64,000 nt of DNA from Candidatus Poribacteria bacterium (lineage in GTDB: Bacteria > Poribacteria > WGA-4E > PCPOR2b), in NCBI GenBank assembly GCA_965215015.1, contig OZ244042.1, positions 3,840,001 through 3,904,000 of the forward strand. The letters are read 5' to 3'. Shown here in pieces: positions 30,259 through 40,088 of the stretch. The position numbers and the translations under genes are program-made. A model generated the notes under the pieces. That model saw only the letters and a program-made list of their open reading frames with translations, was not told where the DNA came from and ran no database searches. The stretch's first letter is position 1, and every line of letters starts with the position of its first letter.

Positions 30259-30536
30259 TTTTGGGTTCCATCGAGGAGAGATATAGTTATCACAACCGAT
30301 CGGTTCACACTTCACAGCCGCCTCAAAAAGTGTCTTTATTATTAAAAAAAAGAAACGCAGAATGGAAAGAGAGCACGTTACAGATTTCAGTTGACAATCG
30401 AGGCACGGCTAAGACAACCATAAAGCAGTAGGGAGGCAGATTTGCATCCGCCAGTTTTGAACCCTTATCTTCCTCCCTTTCCACCAATCTGCTTGTCCAT
30501 AGTTTTCCCGCCCCATTATTTTTAGTGTTACGGCTT

Positions 30537-30641
30537 CTAGCGCGCTTGCTTCAGTGCTAACTTCTTTCTTTTAAGACGGCGTTTTTGGCGATGTCGAATC
30601 TGTGTTCGTCGCCGTACTTGTCCAACTTTTGATCGTGCCAC
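30537..30641 (-). CDS. Small highly basic protein (34 aa)
   Basis: Below ORF-track cutoff; AGGAGGTG RBS, GTG start, MARSKVGQVRRRTQIRHRQKRRLKRKKLALKQAR. Confidence 0.75.
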   Translation of the reverse strand: MARSKVGQVRRRTQIRHRQKRRLKRKKLALKQAR

Positions 30642-30762
30642 TGAATCACCTCCTTTTAATGAATTGTTTTAACCTAGGTTCTTTCTATACACATACCACC
30701 CTGCTAGGGCTAATAAAAAAATAAGGGGATAAGCCGTTACTGGCTTTTAATAAAACGCTAAG

Positions 30763-30939
30763 ACGCAATAAAAAGAAAGTGAGAGAACCGGCTTCCCCTT
30801 CGTCAGGGAAGGTTCCTGTTTCGTTTCTTCGTCTCTCCCGATGGAACCGTGAATCCCCGATGCGGTAGGCATTCCCTTTAGAGGAGGACAACGGCATCGG
30901 GACTGGCGCCCCCTCCGTTATGGGGGTGCGACGTTGCGT
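30763..30939 (-). ncRNA. Putative structured RNA / 5' leader (unassigned; strand inferred)
   Basis: GC-rich island with several stems inside AT-rich flanks, upstream of the small basic ORF. Confidence 0.4.
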
Positions 30940-31083
30940 TAAATTCAGAGAAAAGCCAATAACTACTCATTGCAAAAAATAATACGTAATGCGTAAGAGA
31001 AGCCGTCTCGAACCTTACGCATTGCCCATCACGTTTCACGCATCCCGCAACATCTATCGATTCGTCCTGATAAGATTGGTCTT

Positions 31084-32130
31084 TTATGTATCATCAAACG
31101 TTCTTGCTAAATAGAACAGCGCATCATCGCACAGTGATTCAACCTCTGCCATTGCAGTGTCCAACAGTTCTTTTGAGGAGCATCTCAGCAGCAGTCGATT
31201 CATGGTAAGCGTGATATAACACTGTCTGTCCGTGTGAGCGAACTCCACCTGCCAATGGGTATCCTGAACGACCCGATACCCATTGACCTCAATTGCTTTC
31301 CGAATTTCCAGTCCATTGGCGTTTTTGTAGAGTGCTTTCGCCCGCAGCGTTTCGGGTAAAATCTCCGGGGCAGGCGGAACGAATTCGGGTTCAGTTGTCG
31401 GAACCTCCCGCGGTTCAAGAACCAAAACTGGTGCCCTTGCTGAATCAACGATTTCTTCCACATCGTCCGGAGCTTTCAGCGGCTCCTGTTGGCCCTCGGT
31501 TTCTACCGCTCGGCTCTCCTTGAGTACGTCAGAGAGCACGCTCGTGACAGTGTCGGGTGCCGGTTGAGGGTCTGCCAATATACCCTCAAGGGTACGCGCA
31601 CAAATACTGAAGATAAGTGGATGAAACACCAGTGTTTCAGGGTCGGCAAATTCAAAAAGCGATCTCGCAACGAGTGCCACTTCTGCTTTCTCTCGATAGC
31701 CCATCCGTTTGAGACGAGTCTCACATGCCCTGAGTGTGTACAACACAGTGTTGATAAACTCCACGGTAATCAGGTGGGGCAGCACTTCAAAGCGAAACAT
31801 TTCACTAATGTGTTCGGGTCCTTTCTCAGCCTCCGATGTTGATTCTTCGCCCCTTTCACCTTCTGAGGTAAACAGTTCTGATTCAAGGGCTTCTATCGTT
31901 TTCTGTCGCAACAGGTCGTGATCAAAGGTAATATTTTCAAATTCAGGTTCATCAAGCAACAACCTGCTGTTCGCGATTTTGTCCTGTAACAGTTCTTCAT
32001 CAGACTTCGCTGCTTGTAATGCTCGCTGCTTCTGAAGAGCCAACTGCTTGCGCTTAGACTTCTGATTTTGTTGACGTTTTTCGCGTTTCCGCGCAATGTT
32101 GAGGCGTCGATTCTTCCTTTTTTTCGCCAT
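31084..32130 (-). CDS. Hypothetical protein, basic N-terminus
   Basis: ORF 31084..32148, likely start MAKKRK; own promoter upstream. Confidence 0.8.
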   Translation of the reverse strand: MAKKRKNRRLNIARKREKRQQNQKSKRKQLALQKQRALQAAKSDEELLQDKIANSRLLLDEPEFENITFDHDLLRQKTIEALESELFTSEGERGEESTSEAEKGPEHISEMFRFEVLPHLITVEFINTVLYTLRACETRLKRMGYREKAEVALVARSLFEFADPETLVFHPLIFSICARTLEGILADPQPAPDTVTSVLSDVLKESRAVETEGQQEPLKAPDDVEEIVDSARAPVLVLEPREVPTTEPEFVPPAPEILPETLRAKALYKNANGLEIRKAIEVNGYRVVQDTHWQVEFAHTDRQCYITLTMNRLLLRCSSKELLDTAMAEVESLCDDALFYLARTFDDT

Positions 32131-32193
32131 CTTTGACCTAATTTGCAATTATGGTTGGCTGAAATCGTTCCGAGAGGCTTTCGGACTCAGAAA

Positions 32194-32222
32194 AGTATAC
32201 AGAAAGAGACTGAGATTGTCAA
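32194..32222 (-). promoter_or_regulatory. Sigma70-like promoter
   Basis: TTGACA-17 bp-TATACT on minus strand. Confidence 0.7.
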
Positions 32223-32378
32223 CACCGATCAGGGAATATAAGAAGCGTGAAACGTGAAAACAATTTGTTCATGGGTTCATTCGTTGATTGGTTCATTAAT
32301 GAACGCGTGAACTAAGGGGTGGAAACGCCCTCCTCACTAACCCGCACCAAAGGTTATAAGTCGCTCTTTGAAACACAG

Positions 32379-34874
32379 CTAATGCAGAATGCCCAACTGA
32401 TGCATTCGTCGGTGAATGGCTTCCTTGGCCTCCATGAACGGACGTTCAAGGAACGCCTGATGGTCATCTTCCCCGTGATGATGTGTTACGGTCCCCGGAC
32501 GATGGTGGCGGGCAGTATTGCGGATATATGACAATCCCCCCTCAATTAGTGTCAGCATATAGTTGGCGGTTTCCGAATCAAACATCCACCACTCACCCCC
32601 AACAGCGAGATAGACCGGGGAGGTGTGAGCGATGATGCCGCGCCCCCAACCGTCGTGATGCGGAACCGCTTGGGCATAGCTGGGACCTCCGCATCGGGCT
32701 GCAATCCACGAGTGCTGATTGACCGGCAGCGATGTTTTCAGATGCAACCTGCGGGCACCGTTATTTTCCGCTGTCGAAGCGACAACCCTCCCCGCCTGAA
32801 CGATTTCCAACGTATGAATGGGGAATATGGACTCCGCTGACGCTTCGACCTCTAGCGTGCCGCCATTTCCCGGTAGGTTGATTGTGCTCCCGATAGGTTG
32901 TCCATCAACTGTCAACCGAATAATGGGGCCACCACTGAGGAAAGTGTTTCCAGCCCGGAGATACTTGCACCAATTATCGTAGTTGAATTCCTGATCATTG
33001 GGAATATGGACATAGGTGCGATAGACACCAACGGGAACGTCGCTGGTCATTTTATCCGTTCCACCGACCAGCGGTAGTTTGTAGCCACAGTTCAGATACC
33101 GGTAATACTCGATGTGGCCATACATCGCTTCCGTCAGGTACTCGACAGCATCAACACGATTGGTGGCAATCAACGTCGCTGGCTCACAGTTGGGGTTCGG
33201 GATGTGGGGCAGCACCACAGTCCCGCCTTGTGCGTGACAGGCATCTGCCCAATGTGAAAGTGTCGTTTCCATGTTGCCACCGAGCTCCGCTTCGCCGGGC
33301 CCGTCAGAACACCATGGACTCACCTGTTCTTTTAAGCCCAGTAGTGTGAGGTGCCCAAGCAGATGCTGACGATTTTCCTGTGTGGCGTAAACAATGCTGC
33401 GACCATCATCAGACACAGTCGGGCGCCCAATAAATTCCTCTGTGTTGGTAAACAGGTGTCCCCATTGAGAGAGTAGTAGGTTGACAACGTTGAGATCTTC
33501 GCCGCGAGCCTCTGTGTGGGCACCTTGCGTTGAAAGGAAATGGACGTGGGTATCACCGCTAAAGTATCTTTCGGCATTCATGTTGCACCAACGCTTGAGG
33601 CGTAGTGTCAGTTCGCGTTGGCCTGGTTGAATCTCCACCTTTGTGCGCAACGGCTCATATTCGTAACCTCGTGCGACATCAACGATGACTTCGCCGCGTG
33701 GTAGCCAACCTTGGCAGGTTCCATCGGTGTAGGCGTAAGAGATTTGCCCCAGTCGCACATCTCCACCGACATCAATATGCCAAGTACCGTTGTTTGAGTT
33801 GACGTGTGCGTGGTGTCCGTGTGGTGCATAAGGAACTCCCTTCGGAGAGCGAAAGTGGATGCGGCATGGAATCGGTTGATTGGTCTCATCATCAAGCACC
33901 CTTGTGTGGACCCAGTTTCTGCCGGTGTCAACGATTTCGACCTGCACTCGATCGTTTGGTACTACTTTCCCTTTCTCCTCTAACTCTCCCCATTTCACTG
34001 TGCCTAATGTTTCATCGTGATTCTTGACCGTCACTGTCGCCGACGGGGTCGCTGTTACTTCGACATAGGCGGGGCTGCTATTATTATTTTGTGTCTCGCC
34101 CCAACCTTTCCGTTCGTCATCAAGAAATTCGTCTGCCGATTTTTCAGGCAGCGGATAGGGATACGTTGCGACACCACGGTCAACCTCCACTGCCATGCGG
34201 AAAGGCTTTGTGGCATCTTCCGCCTGTGGCAAGGTAATCATGACATCGCGGATGGCTTTTCTAGGGATTGGATCTTCATCGAGGTATCCCAATGTAAGGG
34301 CAGCGAAAATAAACGCCGGTCCCTGCGGGACGATTTGGAGGGATTCAAGCATCTCCGACGGACTCGGATTTTCCCAGATCCACAGATAGTAATCCCTAGG
34401 GCCTGCTTGCGTGGCTTCGGTCTGTCGGTTTCCCGCTGCGCCCCAATTCCCTTCGTGACGTGGGTAGAGTCCATCTTGCTGATCTGGCCATGCGAGAAAA
34501 GGCAGTTGACCCCAGCCCGGCGGCACAACAGCAATCTCGAAACGTTCTCGTATTGGCACCCTGACCGTTTCACCGTTTGCATAGCGGAAAACGTAGTTCG
34601 CGATTAAACGCCCGATAGGGTCGCCCTCAAAAATTTCCGATTCAAGCAGGCGATGTACAACGAGGATCCGTTTCGGCGTTGCGTTTAGTGGTATGACAGT
34701 CGGGGCGATGCTAGCCCCGTTTCCGAAACCGAGAAAACAGTTACTCGCCTCGCCAATCTGGAAGGGTAGTCCGTGGAAGGTTTGTGTGCCAATTGCAGGG
34801 GTGGCGTTTTCGCCGAGAACTTCCGCGCCAACGTTGCAGAGTGATGAGAGATTTAGTGGTTGATAATCCGGCAT
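32379..34874 (-). CDS. CehA/McbA family metallohydrolase (PHP-like)
   Basis: SGDTHVH, QENRQH.LGH, YYRYLNCG..LP.VGGTD, AHTSPVY. Confidence 0.85.
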   Translation of the reverse strand: MPDYQPLNLSSLCNVGAEVLGENATPAIGTQTFHGLPFQIGEASNCFLGFGNGASIAPTVIPLNATPKRILVVHRLLESEIFEGDPIGRLIANYVFRYANGETVRVPIRERFEIAVVPPGWGQLPFLAWPDQQDGLYPRHEGNWGAAGNRQTEATQAGPRDYYLWIWENPSPSEMLESLQIVPQGPAFIFAALTLGYLDEDPIPRKAIRDVMITLPQAEDATKPFRMAVEVDRGVATYPYPLPEKSADEFLDDERKGWGETQNNNSSPAYVEVTATPSATVTVKNHDETLGTVKWGELEEKGKVVPNDRVQVEIVDTGRNWVHTRVLDDETNQPIPCRIHFRSPKGVPYAPHGHHAHVNSNNGTWHIDVGGDVRLGQISYAYTDGTCQGWLPRGEVIVDVARGYEYEPLRTKVEIQPGQRELTLRLKRWCNMNAERYFSGDTHVHFLSTQGAHTEARGEDLNVVNLLLSQWGHLFTNTEEFIGRPTVSDDGRSIVYATQENRQHLLGHLTLLGLKEQVSPWCSDGPGEAELGGNMETTLSHWADACHAQGGTVVLPHIPNPNCEPATLIATNRVDAVEYLTEAMYGHIEYYRYLNCGYKLPLVGGTDKMTSDVPVGVYRTYVHIPNDQEFNYDNWCKYLRAGNTFLSGGPIIRLTVDGQPIGSTINLPGNGGTLEVEASAESIFPIHTLEIVQAGRVVASTAENNGARRLHLKTSLPVNQHSWIAARCGGPSYAQAVPHHDGWGRGIIAHTSPVYLAVGGEWWMFDSETANYMLTLIEGGLSYIRNTARHHRPGTVTHHHGEDDHQAFLERPFMEAKEAIHRRMHQLGILH

Positions 34875-35096
34875 TGAGAGCTCCTTGACTTGAGGTTTGT
34901 AATTAATTGTTCCATATACACATGAGGCAGCGGGATTTTTGAACGGAATTAGGACATAGATTCATTGAACTGGTGAACTTTATACCCCTGGTGCTCCTCC
35001 CCGATAAGATTGCAATTCAAAACAGGAGCGAAAGGTGGCGCACTTAACGGACGGGGAAACCCCGCCCTACGAGAAAATCAAGGGATTTTCAATAAC

Positions 35097-35246
35097 TAGG
35101 GCGTATTGACATTTTGTTGTCGCCAATTAGCAATCTGGAAAATGCCAACAGTTCGTAGGTTGGGCTTCCTCGCCCAACCGATGCAGATTAGTCCAACGGC
35201 GGGCTAGAGCTCCGACCGCCGGGTTGTCAAATGTCAACATAATCTA
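35097..35246. mobile_element. CTAG-flanked MITE-like element with IS5-like ends and internal GTAG palindrome
   Basis: TAGGGCGTATTGACATTT ... AAATGTCAACATAATCTA; related ends at 1561, 10820-10855, 47080-47112, 52259-52293. Confidence 0.6.
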
Positions 35247-35388
35247 GCGACTTAGGTTATTATAGCATAATCTGAGGCGGATAACGGTTGATTTTCACTA
35301 ACTCGCGCAACAAAAAAGCCCTGTGCACAATGCACAGGGCGGGCTCGCTTATACTCATCCACCAAAACTGACAAGGGGCAAATACTGT

Positions 35389-36510
35389 TTACTCTCTCTT
35401 CTTTGTCTCAATCTGCGGCATGTAGTTTTCTCTGCCCATTTGAGGCTTTTTGTTATCCATCCGCGAACTTTTCGGGAAAAGTCTAAGACTACGGTCTTCA
35501 AGCGGTAGCCTCATCGGGGCGTATCCGCGTCGATGCGATTCCCGTAGCGCAATGGCGATTTCTAGGACCTTACGTCCATTGTCCCCGCTGCCCCTCGGCT
35601 CAATGTCCCGTTCAAGGGCATCAACGATGGATTGCACAGTCGCCATGTTTCGGTCTCCTGGCCATCTCCAGCCGTCCTCATCATAGCCACCGCTCATTCT
35701 GCCATAAACGCTGGCTTCAGGGAACACTCCCTTCACTTTCTTGAGCCCCCCCCATGTCGGTCGATCGACATCATCGTCCGCCTTCCACAGGCTAAGAAAG
35801 CCATTATTACTGCGGAATATACCCTTGCTGCACGAGACCTCAAACCCATTTCCCCTCGCATCGGTCTCGCGGTGCATGAAGGCTTCAATACCGTTGGTGA
35901 AACGTAGATAACCTGCGCCTCCTTGGTCATGGTCGCTCTCCGGGTCGTCAGCGACCCAGCCGATCGCCCACGCAACATCGGCATCTCCGGTAAACAAACG
36001 CATCAGACTAAAAAGCTGACAGCCGCCGCCTGACATTTCGGTGCCGCTTCCCCCCGTGAAGTTGATGCTTTTGACCTCACCGAGCTCGCCTGACTCGATG
36101 ATTTCACGGGCTTTCCAGTATTGTGGTAGATTCCGATCTAGGTCCCCGGAACCGAACTTAATCCCTCGCGATTGACAGGCGTCCACCATTCGGTCCGCAT
36201 CTGCAAGCGTTGCTGCAATGGGCTTCTCGCAAAGAATCGCCCGTACCCCCGCTTCGGCACACCCAATGACGATCTCCGGGTTGGGTCTAACCGGTAGGAT
36301 AGGCGCAGCGATGTCAATTTGTTCTTTCTCAAGCATCTCCCGATAGTCGCTGTATCCTGGCACACCGTAGTATTTACAATACAACTCCAAGTTCTCAGAA
36401 TCAGTATCAGCAAATGCAACGACTTCTGTCAAGGGATTGAGCGCATACGCCCGCGCATGTTGTCCGCCCTTTCTTCCGCAGCCGATGACTCCGACTCGAT
36501 ATTTAGCCAT
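35389..36510 (-). CDS. Gfo/Idh/MocA family oxidoreductase
   Basis: VGVIGCGRKG, ILCEKP, GELGEV. Confidence 0.92.
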   Translation of the reverse strand: MAKYRVGVIGCGRKGGQHARAYALNPLTEVVAFADTDSENLELYCKYYGVPGYSDYREMLEKEQIDIAAPILPVRPNPEIVIGCAEAGVRAILCEKPIAATLADADRMVDACQSRGIKFGSGDLDRNLPQYWKAREIIESGELGEVKSINFTGGSGTEMSGGGCQLFSLMRLFTGDADVAWAIGWVADDPESDHDQGGAGYLRFTNGIEAFMHRETDARGNGFEVSCSKGIFRSNNGFLSLWKADDDVDRPTWGGLKKVKGVFPEASVYGRMSGGYDEDGWRWPGDRNMATVQSIVDALERDIEPRGSGDNGRKVLEIAIALRESHRRGYAPMRLPLEDRSLRLFPKSSRMDNKKPQMGRENYMPQIETKKRE

Positions 36511-36587
36511 TTAAGCTTCTCCTTGTCTGACGTGACCGACTCAATCTGCATCGGAAACTGGTGGTTGGATATCACAAATGTCTGTTT

Positions 36588-37439
36588 CTAAACGTTCACA
36601 TATCTTCGTACCGGTGCGATGCTCCCAAATAGTCCGAGCAGAATGCCGCCAAGCAGAATCAGACCGAGTTGATTTAACGGAATAAACGCCATCTGACTAA
36701 TCCGCGGAATAAATAGGCGAAATAGTATGTAAAAACTAATTATTCCGGATAAACTTCCAATAAATCCTAGAAACACGCCTTGGACAATCAGTGGGATACG
36801 GATGTACCAGTAGGTTGCCCCAACTAGTCTCATGACTCGAATCTCCTCTCGGCGAAAGTAAGCGGTCAACATAATAGAAAAGCAGACAATAATCATCGAA
36901 GCCACACCCATTAGCCCTCCCAACCCCATGAGTACCACTTCCACTTTTTGAATGAATTCAGAGCTTTCTTGGACATGTGTGACATCTTCCACCTGATGAG
37001 TAAAGGACCGAATCTGATTGACAAGTTGGGATAGCTTATCCGGGTTCAGTAATGTCTCTTTAATATAAATCTCCAGTGAGGCGGGGAAAGGGTTACTATC
37101 TGCAAAGCCCTCCGTGAGGGTTTTTCCAAATTCACCAAACATCAGCTCACCTCGGGCAAGTGCTTCTTCTTTAGAAACGTAAGTGACTGAAGCAGCCCAA
37201 TCGATCTTCTCAATTTGGCTGCGAAATTCCTGTCCTTCGGACTCACCGATGCTGTCCTTTAGAAATACAATAATCGCTGGTTTGTCTTTAAGGTCTTCAA
37301 TTTGGCTGCTTAGATAATTGCCAATCAGGATCAGCGCACTCCCGATTGTAATTGTCAGGGTAATAATCACAATGCTTAGGAAACTGACAGAACCGCCGTG
37401 GCGGATATTGGAAAACGACTCTTCAAGTAAGTATGACAT
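36588..37439 (-). CDS. ftsX: Cell division permease FtsX
   Basis: YVSKEEAL, NPFPASLEI, RREEIRVMRLVGAT..YIR.P...G; 4 TM segments. Confidence 0.9.
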   Translation of the reverse strand: MSYLLEESFSNIRHGGSVSFLSIVIITLTITIGSALILIGNYLSSQIEDLKDKPAIIVFLKDSIGESEGQEFRSQIEKIDWAASVTYVSKEEALARGELMFGEFGKTLTEGFADSNPFPASLEIYIKETLLNPDKLSQLVNQIRSFTHQVEDVTHVQESSEFIQKVEVVLMGLGGLMGVASMIIVCFSIMLTAYFRREEIRVMRLVGATYWYIRIPLIVQGVFLGFIGSLSGIISFYILFRLFIPRISQMAFIPLNQLGLILLGGILLGLFGSIAPVRRYVNV

Positions 37440-37452
37440 AGTTAAATACCAA

Positions 37453-37562
37453 TGCTTATAAAAAAGAAAATGCCAAAACGGTAAGAGAAACCGAGTTTTT
37501 TAGTAGGAAACGCGGATCTGTGTTTCCTACGGTTGCTGTTTCGCGATTTCTTAACATAGGCC
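37453..37562. mobile_element. Second copy of the IS1595-like MITE carrying an inserted GTAG palindrome
   Basis: Near-TSD AATACCAA / AATATCAA; end TTCTTAACATAGGCC; GTAGGAAAC..GTTTCCTAC in the middle. Confidence 0.6.
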
Positions 37563-37604
37563 AATATCAAATGTAATAGGTAAACGTCAGCAAACTTCAA
37601 CGCG

Positions 37605-38579
37605 TTATAAGGAATTCAGAGAATTCTTAATAATATTATCGGTCTGGATGCCTTCCCCTTCGCCTTCAAAGTTCAAAATGATACGGTGGCGTAAGGCTGG
37701 CAGCGCAACAGCTTGCACGTCTTCAAAAGCAACATTGTAACGTCCATCGAGTAGTGCCTTAATTTTTGCTGTCAATGTAATCGCTTGCATCCCACGAATA
37801 CTTGCACCTAATTCGACGTACTGCCTCGTCATCTCTGGACTGTTGGGATTATCCGGATGCGTGGCACGGATAAGCCGAATGATATAGTGTTCTACATGAT
37901 CGGCGATTAGCACATGCCGGACGAGTTGGCGCATTGACTGGATTGTTTCCGCATTACTAATCTTCTCAATAGCGATCTCTGCCTCCGATGTTGTTCGTCG
38001 CAAGATTTCACCGAGCTCATCTTCATTCGGGAAAGCAATCTGGAGTTTGAACAGGAATCGATCCAGTTGTGCCTCTGGCAAACGGTATGTCCCGTCCATC
38101 TCAATAGGATTCTGGGTCGCAAGCACACAGAAGGGCTCTTTTAGTTTATAGCTCGTCCGCGCCACGCTCACGGTTCGTTCCTGCATCGCCTCTAGCAGGG
38201 CAGACTGCGTGCGGGGGGTCGCGCGATTAATCTCGTCTGCGAGAACAATCTGTGCAAAGATGGGCCCCGGCTGAAATTCAAACTGCTTTCGCCCTTGAGT
38301 ATCTTCGACGAGAAGCATTGTCCCCGTAATGTCTGAGGGCATCATGTCCGGCGTAAACTGAATCCGGCTGAACGACAAACTCAGTGCCTCGCTCAGGGTA
38401 TGAATCAACTGCGTTTTACCTAAGCCGGGGACACCTTCGATGAGCACATGTCCATTGGCAAAAAGGCAGAACAATACCCCTTCAATAACCTCATCCTGCC
38501 CAACGATACGTTTGTGGATCTCTGCCTTCACTCGGTTGAAGTTTTCCTTAAACTGCTGTACTTGAGCTTCTAGAGGCAT
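37605..38579 (-). CDS. MoxR family AAA+ ATPase
   Basis: EGVPGLGKT, RIQFTPD, LADEINRA, ATQNPIE, LPEAQLDRF. Confidence 0.95.
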   Translation of the reverse strand: MPLEAQVQQFKENFNRVKAEIHKRIVGQDEVIEGVLFCLFANGHVLIEGVPGLGKTQLIHTLSEALSLSFSRIQFTPDMMPSDITGTMLLVEDTQGRKQFEFQPGPIFAQIVLADEINRATPRTQSALLEAMQERTVSVARTSYKLKEPFCVLATQNPIEMDGTYRLPEAQLDRFLFKLQIAFPNEDELGEILRRTTSEAEIAIEKISNAETIQSMRQLVRHVLIADHVEHYIIRLIRATHPDNPNSPEMTRQYVELGASIRGMQAITLTAKIKALLDGRYNVAFEDVQAVALPALRHRIILNFEGEGEGIQTDNIIKNSLNSL

Positions 38580-39072
38580 AATTGAGACCTAGTTTATGAC
38601 TATTGATGCGAGTTTGCAACTGTTGATACACGTTCCGATCAAAGACCTTCAGTGAAACGTGAAACCGACAGTAGTAGACATACGGCGTATGTCATCCCCC
38701 CTTCTAAGAACCCTCCTTTATCCGCCCCGCAAACAGGGGGCTGGCACGCGGAGCGTGTCAACTCTTGTCGGCTTAACTGTCGCCGCCCGATGAGTCGGGC
38801 GTTGCGAGGCATCTTCATCGAATTTGTAATCGTGGTGCAGAGATTATCTTCGCTGAAATCGGGGTTGTCTAAGCTGCCAACAACATAGTCCCTCTGTCGG
38901 TCAATTTTTCAAAATCGAGCCTATGGACATTTGGGTGTCGAGATATCAGTAAGTCCTAAATGTACGGATGAACTGTTGAACGATGTGGAAACGCCAACCT
39001 CACCAACTCGCATCAAAGGTTAACTATTCGAGAAATTTTGTAAAGTGGCTGCTGTGTTAATTCGCCGATTTG

Positions 39073-39930
39073 TTACCAACGTGGCGACGTTTCAATGAAT
39101 TGATTGTAGTAGTCCTCAACGTTGACTTCACCCGCATCGCCCTCGTGGATGAGAATACGGAACCGTTGTGTCACGCGTTCATTGCGGAACAGTTCGTACT
39201 TGTCTAGCAAAGTAAAATTTGCTAGAAATGTACCATAATTCCGCGTAAAAAATGCCGAAGGTGGATTTGATGGGTGGTTCATCAGCGTAACACCGACTGT
39301 TTTACCGGCGACAACCCCGCTGTAGTCTGTCCAATCGGCAGACTGTTGCATCGCTTCTTCCTCGTTACGTTGCCCATTGGCATTGAGAATTGTCCCGCCA
39401 TCTTCGACATCCATCGTATCGGCAACACGCACACCGAGAAAAGCGTGGTTATCTTGTGCAAAAATCAGATCCGTTTGGCTAGCAATCAGGGTGCTTGTCA
39501 GGTCAATGATATAGGCATCTTCTTCAAAAGAGACGGTGAAGTTGCGTTCCTCGTCTAACAGACGGCCCCCTGCCTTCGTCATCCAACCGTTATGTGTCAT
39601 GACGCGAACCTCGCTTTCATCAATTGTATGTTGGCTCTTTTCCAATATAATATCGCCGAGGTTCGATCGGGTTGGATTGTTGTCGTGGAAGAAGTTAATC
39701 CCGTTCACGTTCGCATGCCCGATGAAAATCGATTTGTGATGATTGTAGCGGTAGGCACAGGTACATGTTACTTCGCGCCCACTCGGAGAATAAACAGGAT
39801 AGAAATCAGGACGCGATTTGTACATATCGCCGTATTGAGTACAACCCTTATTATAGGCGAGGAAAAACGTTTCTCCGTCATAGAACTTAAAACGCAGTTC
39901 TTCTTCGATAATTCTTGGAACGCTGGCCAT
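39073..39930 (-). CDS. PmoA-like / DUF6807 family beta-sandwich protein
   Basis: FYPV.SPSG, HHKSIFIGH, GVRVA..M, DWTDYSG, HPSN, RNYG. Confidence 0.7.
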   Translation of the reverse strand: MASVPRIIEEELRFKFYDGETFFLAYNKGCTQYGDMYKSRPDFYPVYSPSGREVTCTCAYRYNHHKSIFIGHANVNGINFFHDNNPTRSNLGDIILEKSQHTIDESEVRVMTHNGWMTKAGGRLLDEERNFTVSFEEDAYIIDLTSTLIASQTDLIFAQDNHAFLGVRVADTMDVEDGGTILNANGQRNEEEAMQQSADWTDYSGVVAGKTVGVTLMNHPSNPPSAFFTRNYGTFLANFTLLDKYELFRNERVTQRFRILIHEGDAGEVNVEDYYNQFIETSPRW

Positions 39931-40088
39931 TGGATTACTCGCGGTAGTATGTACGTGACAATCCCGATGAAACTTATGGTAAAAGAAAGTGCAAAACGCG
40001 AAGATAAACCGAGTTTTTATAAGTAAAGAACAACGATTGCTGTTCCCTACGGTTTCTGTTGCACGATTTCTTAAAGGATTATCATCTA

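Noticed and set aside
30781-30850. SRP RNA, hammerhead ribozyme or c-di-AMP riboswitch
   Set aside because: Only partial words are present (GAACC..TCAGG, CTGACGA/GAAA, GTGAATCC); required elements are missing or in the wrong arrangement
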